From Chthonomonadales bacterium (GTDB lineage Bacteria; Armatimonadota; Chthonomonadetes; Chthonomonadales; Chthonomonadaceae), in the NCBI GenBank assembly GCA_038217285.1, contig JBBQPO010000137.1:1-16221 (forward strand): DNA of 16,221 nucleotides. Direction: 5' to 3'. A model generated the notes under the pieces. The model saw only the letters and a program-made list of their open reading frames with translations, ran no database searches and was not told the DNA's origin. How positions within the stretch are numbered: position 1 is the first letter of the stretch; each line of letters opens with the position of its first letter. A program made the translations under genes and the position numbers. Shown piece after piece: positions 1-8,748 of this stretch.

Positions 1-2513
1 CCGACGGTCTGGTGGCAGTGCGCGGCGATGGTGACGGTCGCGCCCGGCTTCAGCATGGCGCGGCCTGCTGGGGTCATCTCGATAGGTTCGTAACTTGTTA
101 TGTAGTCCGGCTCATGGGCGACCAGCACACCGTTGATGTAGATCTCGACATCCTCGTCGTGAAAGACGTAGAACTGCAGGTTCGAGAACTTGCCTGCGGG
201 CATCGTGAGTTGACGGCGGATCCAGATGTCCGCTGTGTTCCAGTCGGTATGGTGCGCCCCGTTGTTGCCGAATCCGCCCGGCCCTTCCTTCCACCCCATT
301 GCATCGAAGCCCGGTTTGAACCAGTCGCTTGCAGGTCTGTCGGTGGTGTAGCGCCAGAGCGCGGGAGCGGTCTGCGCGGTCGGCACGACAATCGTGATCT
401 GTGGCTTGGCGGGCAGCGCCGCCCAGGGCCCTACCTTCTCTTTGTCACGTCGTGCCCACTTCTGCCACGTTGCGCGGTCGTCGAGCATCTTGATGAAGAG
501 GCCCCCCACCACCGGGCGGGCGCGCATACCATCGCTGTGGATGTTGTCGGTGACATAAGAGTCCACAAGCGGCAGTCGGGTCGTCGTGGTGTTCAGGTAT
601 TTGTAGATCGGAGATATCAAGGTTTCGAAGTCTGCCTGGTTGTCGGCCAGGGTCGCCGTCCAGAACGACCAGTCCGTTTTGGTCAGCCGGGTGCGTGAGT
701 CGAGCGGGACGCCATAAGGCTGCAGCACGCTCTTATAGAAGCCGACCTCCTGTTTGGCCACCGCAGGCGGGAAGACGTTCAGCCCCAGAATATGGTCCCA
801 GACCAGATTGTACTTCTGGCTCCAGGTGTTGGGCTTATCGAACGCCAGTCGGGAATGCCCGTTGTCCTCGGTCACCTGAATCCAGTGCTGCGCATCTACG
901 CGCGCTTCTTTCAGATATTTCGCCGCGTTTGCCTTGTCCCCTCGCATACGGCAGAGATCCCCATACGCTGCCAGTCCGAGGATCGCCTTTACAGACAGAT
1001 TGGCGTTGTGCGCCAGATGGCCCATGAAGTCGTCTGTGCAGAGCTGTTCCTCTGGATCAAGACCATACTTTTCCAGGTATTCGGCCCACTGGGTCAACTG
1101 CGGCCACCATTTGGCGACGAAGTCGGGATTGCCTTCCGCCTGCGCGATGGCGTCGCAGAGGATCAGCATATTGCCGCTCTCCTCCACGGGCATTCCCTCC
1201 CCGCCGTCGTCGGTGCCTCGGGCGATCGGATAGGTGCCGAGATCGTGCGGGGCGTTGGGGAATTTCCAGTGGTCCGAAGCCGCATAGGCGAAGATAGGAA
1301 CCAACGACGCCTTCGCCAGCGTCGGGCTGAGAAACACCCAGATGGGATCCATGGGAAAGATCACATCGACCGTAGCGATGTCGCCGTTACTCGAGTTCTC
1401 TTTGGTAAAGAAAAGCGGCTGCCCGTTGACGTCGGCGGCAAGTCCGCAGGCGGCCACGCATTCGCGGTAGGAGAGGGCCGTGATCTGTGCATACTGTGCG
1501 CCGCCCGCCTTCGTCATGTCGGCCATGAGCTCCTGGTCGAACGCTTCACAGCGCCGGGTCAGCGTCGGATAGTCGCGCTCCGCCTCCTGAAACATCGTTG
1601 TCGGGGTGACTCCGTTGCGTCGCCAGTAGGGGCGCAGCTTCCGGCGGAAGTAGAGGATCGCGTAGATCTCGTCGTAGCCGACCATCACGTGGCGAGAAAC
1701 TGCGGTCGCGCCGACGTTGCCGAGGTCGAAGGTGAAGGCCAGCGTCGGGTTGCCGTCGCTCACCGGGCGCGGCATACGCGTATCGCCGGCAGGAAGCGCT
1801 CTGTTATCGAGGAAGGCATCGAGGAGCGTCCGGCTGCTGCCCATCGCGGCGGCGGTCTGCGCGGCAGGCGCGACCAGATAGGCATAGCCCCAGTCGAGCT
1901 GGTGATCGTCGCCTGAGCTGCCCAGAATGTTCTGTGTGTGGGTTCCGGCCCGCAGGGCCGTGAGGGCCCCCATCTTCTCCCGATGCCATTCGACCGCTTG
2001 ATTGGGCCTATTGACCGCCAACCCTGCGCTAGCGCTATCGTAGAGCGACACCGCGTGCGGCGCGCCATCCACGGAGCGCACGCTCCATGTGAGATAACTG
2101 AGGGGGCGCGCCAGCGCGTTCAGATCGTTGGGCAGCGCCGCCGTCATAAAAGTCATGGTGACGTGAACATGGCCGTTATCGAAATCGTAGATGCTGCGCG
2201 TAGGGAGTACGCGCAACCCGACCTGCGGCAGCGCCGGAACCACCTTCGGCTCGTTGCCCATAAGTCGATAACTCTGGCCATCCACACGTATTAGGCTAGT
2301 CAGCGCCTGTTCGCGGTGCGTCCAGTGCCGGGTGACGTCGTCCGTCAGTCGGTCTGCTTCGGACCAGATACTGAGGTAAGGGTTGAAGGTGACGAGCGGT
2401 ACAGCCGGAGGCCGAAAGGCCGTTCGCGCCTGTGCGGCGACTCCTGCGCTCGAACCTAGCCATCCACCGAGGGCCAGTAAACCCGTCCAGGCGAGCATAC
2501 ATCTTATTTTCAC
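1..2513 (-). CDS. Secreted glutaminase A-like / six-hairpin-glycosidase-like protein (DUF4964-DUF5127-DUF4965-DUF1793 type) with a C-terminal jelly-roll domain; 3' end lies outside the window
   Basis: Manual translation from GTG at 2513 (RBS AAAGGA upstream): MKIRCMLAWTGLLALGGWLGSSAGVAAQ (signal-peptide-like), then RPPAVPLVTFNPYLSIWS...TRHWT...LIRVDG, later YGVPLDSR..TKTDW and RARPVVGG, which are motifs of this family. The C-terminal part reads DIWIRR..HDEDVEIYING..AAHCHQT. The ORF track omits it, consistent with no stop inside the window. The + strand ORFs 12-698, 792-1916 and 1938-2294 are all its same-frame antisense shadow. Confidence 0.88.
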   Translation of the reverse strand, partial: MKIRCMLAWTGLLALGGWLGSSAGVAAQARTAFRPPAVPLVTFNPYLSIWSEADRLTDDVTRHWTHREQALTSLIRVDGQSYRLMGNEPKVVPALPQVGLRVLPTRSIYDFDNGHVHVTMTFMTAALPNDLNALARPLSYLTWSVRSVDGAPHAVSLYDSASAGLAVNRPNQAVEWHREKMGALTALRAGTHTQNILGSSGDDHQLDWGYAYLVAPAAQTAAAMGSSRTLLDAFLDNRALPAGDTRMPRPVSDGNPTLAFTFDLGNVGATAVSRHVMVGYDEIYAILYFRRKLRPYWRRNGVTPTTMFQEAERDYPTLTRRCEAFDQELMADMTKAGGAQYAQITALSYRECVAACGLAADVNGQPLFFTKENSSNGDIATVDVIFPMDPIWVFLSPTLAKASLVPIFAYAASDHWKFPNAPHDLGTYPIARGTDDGGEGMPVEESGNMLILCDAIAQAEGNPDFVAKWWPQLTQWAEYLEKYGLDPEEQLCTDDFMGHLAHNANLSVKAILGLAAYGDLCRMRGDKANAAKYLKEARVDAQHWIQVTEDNGHSRLAFDKPNTWSQKYNLVWDHILGLNVFPPAVAKQEVGFYKSVLQPYGVPLDSRTRLTKTDWSFWTATLADNQADFETLISPIYKYLNTTTTRLPLVDSYVTDNIHSDGMRARPVVGGLFIKMLDDRATWQKWARRDKEKVGPWAALPAKPQITIVVPTAQTAPALWRYTTDRPASDWFKPGFDAMGWKEGPGGFGNNGAHHTDWNTADIWIRRQLTMPAGKFSNLQFYVFHDEDVEIYINGVLVAHEPDYITSYEPIEMTPAGRAMLKPGATVTIAAHCHQTV

Positions 2514-2622
2514 GGTTCCGTTTCCTTTGTTTGTAATGGGTCGTTAGTTAATATTCGAGAGAGCGATTCGATAATCCTCTCAAAATCTGCCGTTCTGCGG
2601 ACGCTTTCCCTCCTGCTATTCG

Positions 2623-2630
2623 ATTATAAT
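2623..2630. promoter_or_regulatory. Palindromic ATTATAAT giving a TATAAT -10 hexamer on both strands in the divergent intergenic region
   Basis: TATAAT at 2625-2630 (+) and 2628-2623 (-), between the divergent genes starting at 2513 (-) and 2696 (+). No convincing -35 element was seen. Confidence 0.3.
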
Positions 2631-2695
2631 GAGAAAATCATCGGGCAGACACCGGATGTTCTGCCTACGCCGCCCTCCAGGATAAAGCAGGTTCC

Positions 2696-5600
2696 ATGCA
2701 ATCTCGATTTTTAGACAAACAGAGACGTTTGGTAATCGCCCTCTTCTGCCTGATTCGACTGGTGTGTACTCCTCATGCCGTCAGGGCGCTGGACACCGAT
2801 AAAAGTCTGGTGCAGTGTCGGCTCGACGTCTGGACGACCAAAGACGGCCTGCCGGAAGCCATTAACGCTATGGCGCAGACGCCGGACGGTTATCTCTGGT
2901 TCGCCACGGACGCCGGCCTGGTACGATTCGACGGTGTGACATTTCAAACCTTCAACAGCCGGAACACGCCCGGATTCGCACGCAGCGGTGTTACGTCGCT
3001 TATGGTGACACGGGATGGCCATCTCTGGATAGGAACCGACGGCGGAAGGTTCGGCCCCTTCGAGAATCGCCAATTCACTCCTTTCCACACTGGGATCAAG
3101 GATGAAAGCTGGAGCGTCGCGAACGCCATGCTGGAGTCTCGCGATGGGACGTTTTGGATTGGCGGAGGAGGAGAACATAATCTGCTCCACTATAAGGACG
3201 GGCGCTTTACGAAACCATTGGCCGATTATCAGTTTGTTCACAGTTTACTGCAGGATCGCCAGGGCACCATCTGGGCAGCAACGCGATACAGCGGACTGCT
3301 CGCAAGCCATACGGACGGAACGGTCTCCGCGTTCAATGTCACGCAGGGATTGCCGACGGCAGCGTTGAGCTGTATCGTCCTGGACAGCGATAACAGTCTG
3401 TGGATCGGAACCGTAGGGTCCGGTCTCTGCCACTACGTAGACGGCAAGGTCACGACCTATACCACCCGTGATGGCCTCTCCTCCAATGAGATCCATGCGC
3501 TCAGTTTCGATCATCAAGGCAACCTCTGGATCGGTACGCGTGTCGGTCTTGATCGCCGACAGGGCGGTAAGTTTTCGACGTTTCGCAAAATAGACGGACT
3601 GCACGATATCGGCGTCAGCGCGATTTTCGAAGATCGCGAAGGCAACCTCTGGGTCGGGTCGGGCACGGGCCTCAATCGGTTTCGCAACTCCAAATTGACG
3701 CCGCTCAGCTTTTCTACTGCCGAGGGCCTGCTCAGCACAACGGCGCTGGCGAAGGGGCAGGACGGCAGTGTCTGGTTTGGCACGGAAAAGGGGCTGAAGC
3801 GGCTGCACGACGGGTTAATGACGACCTATACGACCCGAGAGGGCCTGCCGAGCAACGAAATCGTAACCCTTCATGTTGCAAAAGATGGCACCTTATGGAT
3901 CATTACGACGAACGGCTGCATTTCCAGGTGGACAGGAAAGAGGTTCATGACCGAGGTTCCATCAAGCCACTGGAGGGTGATCGCAGAGGACAGCGAAGGG
4001 CTGGTCTTCGCAGACGCGGACGACTATGCGCGTTTGACGGACGGCAAATTTGTCCCTCTGCCGCACGTCGGGCGGAGCGAATATGTCTTCGGCTCTTATC
4101 TTGACGCCAGTGGGACGCTCTGGTTTATGACCTCCGGGGGATTGGCGTCCGTACGACACAACCGTGTGACCGTCCTGAGCCAGGGCCTGCCTCTAGGCAC
4201 CCATGTGATGAGTATTGCGCAGGCCGGAAGCGGCTGTCTCTGGGTAGGGACGGACAAAGGGCTGGTACGCTATGAAAACGGCGCTATGTTCGTCTATGGA
4301 CTCGATTCCGGGCTGCCGGACGATAATTTGTTCGCGCTTCTCTTCGATGCCCACGGCGCCCTGTGGATCGGCAGCTCCAGAGGCATCTTTACCGTCTCTG
4401 TTGCCGACCTGGAACGGTATCGCCTCGGCACGTTGAAGACCATCCCTACCCAGTTATTTGACGCGACCGATGGCATTCGATCCTTTCCAACCAGGATGCA
4501 GGCGCTTCGGACTCGGGATGAACGCCTGATGTTTCTCGGGTTCAAGGGCATAACCGTGGTCGACCCGGATCACCTCGCCACAGACTTCGTTCCGCCTCCC
4601 GTCGTCATCGAGCGGGTCATCATCGACAGGAAGGTATTAGACACGCAGAATGTAGGTCATGTGGGTCCGGGCAAGGGGGATCTGGAGATCCAATATGCCG
4701 GTCTGGACTTCTCCGATGCGGAAAGGGTTGCGTTTCGGTATAGACTCGAAGGTTACGATAAGGACTGGGTGGAAGCCGGCATACGTCGCGTAGCCTACTA
4801 TACGAATTTGCCGCCGGGGGACTACAAGTTTCGTGTGGTCGCCGCCAACAGCGACGGTATCTGGAACACGGCAGGCGCCAGTTTCGAACTCAAGTTAGAC
4901 CCGTTCGTCTACCAGACGGCCCCGTTCAAAGCGGCCTGTATCCTCGTGATGGGGCTAGGTGCCTGGGCGTTTTTTCATCTCTCATCACGCCAACTGCAAC
5001 GTAATAATCAAAGGCTGGAGCTGAAAGTGTCTGAACGTACCGAGGAACTGCATCGTTCCAAGGAGCAGATCGAAGCCGTCAACCGGCGCCTGCAAGCGCT
5101 TGCGACCACCGACGGCATGACAGGACTTGCCAACCACCGCGCTTTCCAGGAGCAGTTGCGGATCGAGCTGGCCTTTGCAGAGGCGACAGGTCACCCGCTG
5201 ACAATGCTGCTGATGGATGTTGATCGATTCAAGACGTATAACGATACCTTCGGCCATCCGGCAGGCGACGAGGTGCTCCGAAGTGTGGCGCGCCTGATAC
5301 GTGAGAATATGCGTACGGAAGACTATGCGGCGCGCTATGGCGGCGAGGAGTTCGCGATTCTGCTGCCTGGCACAACCGAAGAGACAGCCTTCGAGATCGC
5401 CGAGCGCATTCGGGGCGTAGTGGAAGAGCACCAGTTTCCATGCCGACGGGTCACCCTTAGCATCGGCGTTGCGCGGTACGATGCGCGGACGATGGCTCCG
5501 GAAAAGTTCGTCGAACTTGCGGATGGAGCCCTCTACGCGGCCAAGCACGCCGGACGCAATCGCGTCGTTCTCGCCGCAGAAGAATCGACGGCGGTTGCCG

Positions 5601-6337
5601 TGGTCAGCCAGAAGGCGCCGACAGCGCTTTCCGCCGCGATGCATCTGGCCGATGGAGATCCTTTGATGTCGCTGCTCCAACGACAGGACGGGCATATCCT
5701 GAGCGGCATCATGGCTTTGTTGAACCTGCGCGATCCGGAGACCGACGGGCATTCCCACCGGGTAACGATGTTCGCCCTCCGTTTGGCGCAGGAGGTTATT
5801 CGACAGGACATCGCCGACCTTTGCCCGGACGATCTGCGCGATCTTACGCTCGGCTCTCTGCTGCACGACATCGGCAAAATAGGCGTTCCGGACGCCGTGC
5901 TTTTCAAGCCCGGCGCGCTGACCGATGAGGAGTGGGCGATCATTCGGGCGCATCCTGAGCAGGGCGCGAAAGTGCTGGAAGCGTTTTCGCAGTTCGTCTG
6001 CGCGTTGCCGGTCGTGCGCTCCCACCACGAAAAATGGGATGGGACCGGTTATCCGCACGGACTGGCAGGCGAGCGCATCCCTCTGGTGGCGCGGATTTTT
6101 GCTCTGGCCGATACACTCGATGCGATGTCCAGCGACCGCCCTTATCGTGCCGCCCTCCCCTACAGCAAGATATGTGCCGAGGTCGAGCGCATGGCGGGTA
6201 CGCAGTTCGATCCGGCTCTGGTGCAGGCCTTTCTCGCGATCCCGGAGGCGGACTGGGAACGGCTACGGGAGCAGGCCGCAGGCGGGCCTCCCTATATTCA
6301 GATGTCGGATGGCAGCCCCATCACGTATCCTGGATAA
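2696..6337 (+). CDS. Membrane-anchored c-di-GMP signalling protein: Reg_prop beta-propeller repeats + Y_Y_Y domain + TM helix + GGDEF + HD-GYP
   Basis: Signal-peptide-like N-terminus; many 'D..G.LWIGT..GL' propeller repeats; Y_Y_Y motif (FRYRLEGYD..W...YYTNLPPGDYKFRV.A.N.DG.W); TM segment (AACILVMGLGAWAFF); TDGMTGLAN, DVDRFK.YND.FGH..GD, RTED..ARYGGEEF; HD-GYP motifs HSHRV, LLHDIGK, HHEKWDGTGYP, DAMSSDRPYR. Confidence 0.95.
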   Translation: MQSRFLDKQRRLVIALFCLIRLVCTPHAVRALDTDKSLVQCRLDVWTTKDGLPEAINAMAQTPDGYLWFATDAGLVRFDGVTFQTFNSRNTPGFARSGVTSLMVTRDGHLWIGTDGGRFGPFENRQFTPFHTGIKDESWSVANAMLESRDGTFWIGGGGEHNLLHYKDGRFTKPLADYQFVHSLLQDRQGTIWAATRYSGLLASHTDGTVSAFNVTQGLPTAALSCIVLDSDNSLWIGTVGSGLCHYVDGKVTTYTTRDGLSSNEIHALSFDHQGNLWIGTRVGLDRRQGGKFSTFRKIDGLHDIGVSAIFEDREGNLWVGSGTGLNRFRNSKLTPLSFSTAEGLLSTTALAKGQDGSVWFGTEKGLKRLHDGLMTTYTTREGLPSNEIVTLHVAKDGTLWIITTNGCISRWTGKRFMTEVPSSHWRVIAEDSEGLVFADADDYARLTDGKFVPLPHVGRSEYVFGSYLDASGTLWFMTSGGLASVRHNRVTVLSQGLPLGTHVMSIAQAGSGCLWVGTDKGLVRYENGAMFVYGLDSGLPDDNLFALLFDAHGALWIGSSRGIFTVSVADLERYRLGTLKTIPTQLFDATDGIRSFPTRMQALRTRDERLMFLGFKGITVVDPDHLATDFVPPPVVIERVIIDRKVLDTQNVGHVGPGKGDLEIQYAGLDFSDAERVAFRYRLEGYDKDWVEAGIRRVAYYTNLPPGDYKFRVVAANSDGIWNTAGASFELKLDPFVYQTAPFKAACILVMGLGAWAFFHLSSRQLQRNNQRLELKVSERTEELHRSKEQIEAVNRRLQALATTDGMTGLANHRAFQEQLRIELAFAEATGHPLTMLLMDVDRFKTYNDTFGHPAGDEVLRSVARLIRENMRTEDYAARYGGEEFAILLPGTTEETAFEIAERIRGVVEEHQFPCRRVTLSIGVARYDARTMAPEKFVELADGALYAAKHAGRNRVVLAAEESTAVAVVSQKAPTALSAAMHLADGDPLMSLLQRQDGHILSGIMALLNLRDPETDGHSHRVTMFALRLAQEVIRQDIADLCPDDLRDLTLGSLLHDIGKIGVPDAVLFKPGALTDEEWAIIRAHPEQGAKVLEAFSQFVCALPVVRSHHEKWDGTGYPHGLAGERIPLVARIFALADTLDAMSSDRPYRAALPYSKICAEVERMAGTQFDPALVQAFLAIPEADWERLREQAAGGPPYIQMSDGSPITYPG

Positions 6338-6440
6338 TTCGTGTGCGGATCACCAGTATTTGAGATTGTGAGCGCTTGTAACACCGCCCGATCAAAACCG
6401 TCTAAGTGTGGAAACAGGCATTCCGACGGGGGAACATACC

Positions 6441-7619
6441 ATGATCGAGTACTACACTCAGGCGGTCGTTCATGACGTTCGAAGGCGTTCTGACTCTCTT
6501 TACACGCCTGGCGCTGCCGCTCGCGCTCCTCTTGGGGCTGACGGTACTGGCGGTCGGCCTGACGTTGGCTTTGCAGCGGGACGCCGAATGGCTGAAACAG
6601 ATGGACTGGCGCAGGCACTCGGCCTTTGTGTTCGGAACACTCGGAGCCATGTTCGTTCTGGTGGCAGGCTGGACGTGCCTCCATACGGCTCTCTCTCTGG
6701 CCCAGCAGGATATCCAGTGGCGCGAAGCCGCCGAAGCCACCGCCAATCCCGTTCCGGATGCCCCGGCCGTCACGCAGTTCGAACCGACGGTAGCGGTACT
6801 GGCCGAACGGACCTATCAGCGGACTCTGACCCTCCCGCCCGATTTTCTCCAGCGCATTGGTACCGACGGCGTCGGCGCCCTGTCGCCCTATCTGACCGAC
6901 CCCTCCGCCAGCAATGTGCTCCGCCTGATGGACACCTTTCGCCGCAGCGGCAAAGATGTGGTGTTCACCCGTCAGATGACGCGTCTGGACGAGGAACCGG
7001 TTCCGTTCACGACCTCGCATGTCCATGTCACCTTTCGGCGGCTCGCAGGCCGTGCCTACGACACCGACTTCGAAGGGCGCTATCTCTTCCAGAACCCGCG
7101 CCCGCAGCCTATCACCGCCCGCTTCCTCTTTCCCCTGCCCAATGAGAACACGATCCGCAACTTGAATGTGACGGTAGGCGGCCAGGCCGTGACGGAGCCG
7201 AACCCTTCCGGGGAGTACGAGTGGCGAAGTCTGATGCGCCCCGGCGAGCAGTGGGAGGCGGTCGTTCGCTACCATGTCATAGGAGCGCGCATCTGGCGGT
7301 AGCGTGTAGATTCCGTGAGAAACTTCCTCCGGGCGGGATGGTGGCCGCGCTTCTCCTGTTCACGCTGGGGCTGTGGTCGGCGCCGGTGCTGGCCAACTAT
7401 CTGGGCGCTCCGGCAGGTCTGCTCCTCGCGCCGTTGGCCGGGGCATTCGGCGCGGCCAGAGTGCTGGGACAGCGGTCTCTGTTGGCCTCGATCCCTGCCG
7501 CCCTGCTGCCGGCGACATTCCTGAGACCGACCCATAGTGGACTTCTGGTGCTGCTCCTGACAATTATCACCCTCTGCGCTCTGACCTGGACCGTGCGCTC
7601 AGAACCCAACAACAGCTAA
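6441..7619 (+). pseudogene. Disrupted inner-membrane protein gene (CreD-like layout: N-terminal TM helices, soluble domain, C-terminal TM bundle)
   Basis: The main frame 6472-7302 has two TM segments and a FEGRYLFQNP...ARFLFPLP domain, and stops abruptly at W-R-TAG. A hydrophobic multi-TM tail continues in another frame (about 7310-7619). The best RBS (GGGGGA) precedes ATG 6441, which is out of frame with 6472 by 1 nt. The family assignment is only by resemblance. Confidence 0.5.
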
Positions 7620-7625
7620 TTTTTC

Positions 7626-7640
7626 TTGCTTCACAAGCAA
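7626..7640. repeat. Short inverted repeat TTGCTT-CAC-AAGCAA upstream of the EEP cassette
   Basis: Perfect 6-bp arms with a 3-nt spacer, just after the stop at 7619. Function unknown (operator or weak hairpin). Confidence 0.3.
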
Positions 7641-7742
7641 TCCATAGATCTCTCGCCCCCTCTCAACCCTACTCGAAATCTCTGCTCTAATGGAATGAGG
7701 GATCGTTGCGACCTAGTTTTAGATCGGGCATTGGGAGGAGCA

Positions 7743-8748
7743 GTGGAATTTCGAATTGTCGTCTGGAATTTACATGGTTTGTCTCATGCCGCTGATCCTG
7801 CTCGCCTACAGTTGGCTGCAAAAGCATTTCGCACCCTAGCCGAAGATAAGGAAATTGCTGCGTTTGCGCTTGTCGAACTCGGCACGGATTCGATCTTGGA
7901 GTATTTGGGGAACGCACTGGGGCCTGAGTGGATGCCCTGTTTTGGAGCGATCAGGGGAGGATACAGCGAGAACGGTTTACTCTTGAACACCGAAAAGCTG
8001 TCCGCAACCACGCTTCCACTGACTACCGATCCTTACTTTCCACGAGGCCGGACGATCAAAATCGGCAGAGAGCCAGCGGCTGTGTTTCAGGTGAACTACA
8101 ACATGAAACCAGCGTTTCTCATCGCTGTCGTTCATTTCAAGGCGGAACAAGGCAGAAGCGACGATTACACGCGTAAGTGTCTTGCCGCATGGCTTCGAAC
8201 GGAGTTAGAGCAACTTCTTGCTAACTCGACCGTGCCGGTCGTCATCGTTGGCGATTTCAACGGTGAACCCTATGAGGAGATGTTTGGCCCGGACGGTTTC
8301 TGTGCGTTCCGCCGAGCAGATGCGGCGCTCCGCAGCCAGGGAAGTCTGAAACTATATAACCCCATGTGGAGGCTGCTTCCCGATCAACTCACTGTTACAG
8401 CCCGTCGCGCGCAGAGTGATGGCGCGGAGAGACGCCTCCCGGCGTGACCGCGACGTTACAGCCCGTCGCGCGCAGAGTGATGATCAACCTGGAACGCCGT
8501 ACGGAACGTTTCTTGAAGGGATATGGCATTCCCTCATTGATGGTGTTATCGTGAGCAGCGAGTGGCTGAACGGCCAGCGTCACGTCCTGCACGATAACCG
8601 ACTCGAAATATTGACAGATCCTCTCTGGCATCATATTGGCGCGGAGGGGGCTCACCATACCAGACCAATGGGCATGACGAAACAGAATGCGCATCAATTG
8701 GCTATTTCGGATCACCTTCCGATTGCAGTCAATCTGGAGGTCCTATGA
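7743..8748 (+). pseudogene. Endonuclease/exonuclease/phosphatase (EEP) family nuclease, interrupted by a 61-bp insertion
   Basis: GTG at 7743 after GGGAGG gives MEFRIVVWNL. EEP motifs: WN, ALVE, VVHFK, VIVGDFN, LYNPMW in frame 1 (stop 8445-8447 inside the insert), then IDGVIVS and SDHLPI in the second frame ending at 8748. Removing one repeat plus the insert (61 bp) joins them into one 314-aa ORF. Confidence 0.88.
8394..8482. repeat. Exact 28-bp direct repeat (8394-8421 and 8455-8482) flanking a unique 33-bp insert (8422-8454); repeat-spacer-repeat unit
   Basis: Both copies read GTTACAGCCCGTCGCGCGCAGAGTGATG. The flanking bases differ (T vs C before, G vs A after), so the repeat is exactly 28 bp. 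The insert is GCGCGGAGAGACGCCTCCCGGCGTGACCGCGAC. Confidence 0.97.

Noticed and set aside
12-2294. Plus-strand ORFs 12-698, 792-1916 and 1938-2294
   Set aside because: All are in the frame exactly antisense to the real minus-strand gene and have no recognisable motifs.
4985-7275. Long minus-strand ORFs 4985-6058 and 6298-7275
   Set aside because: Antisense shadows of the GGDEF/HD-GYP and membrane-protein genes, typical of high-GC DNA.
7626-7742. N-terminal extension of the EEP ORF from TTG 7626
   Set aside because: EEP domains begin right at the 'RIVVWN' strand, and GTG 7743 has a GGGAGG RBS.
8422-8454. Source of the 33-bp insert within this window
   Set aside because: By eye only short chance matches were found (e.g. 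CGCGGAGAG near 13001); no full match on either strand.
8394-8482. A bona fide functional CRISPR array
   Set aside because: Only two repeats, the repeat is EEP coding sequence, there is no AT-rich leader or cas gene in the window, and the palindrome is weak. Kept only as a putative ectopic integration.
8416-8748. Independent 110-aa gene
   Set aside because: It is the out-of-frame C-terminus of the EEP nuclease (carries SDH) and begins within the duplicated/inserted sequence.
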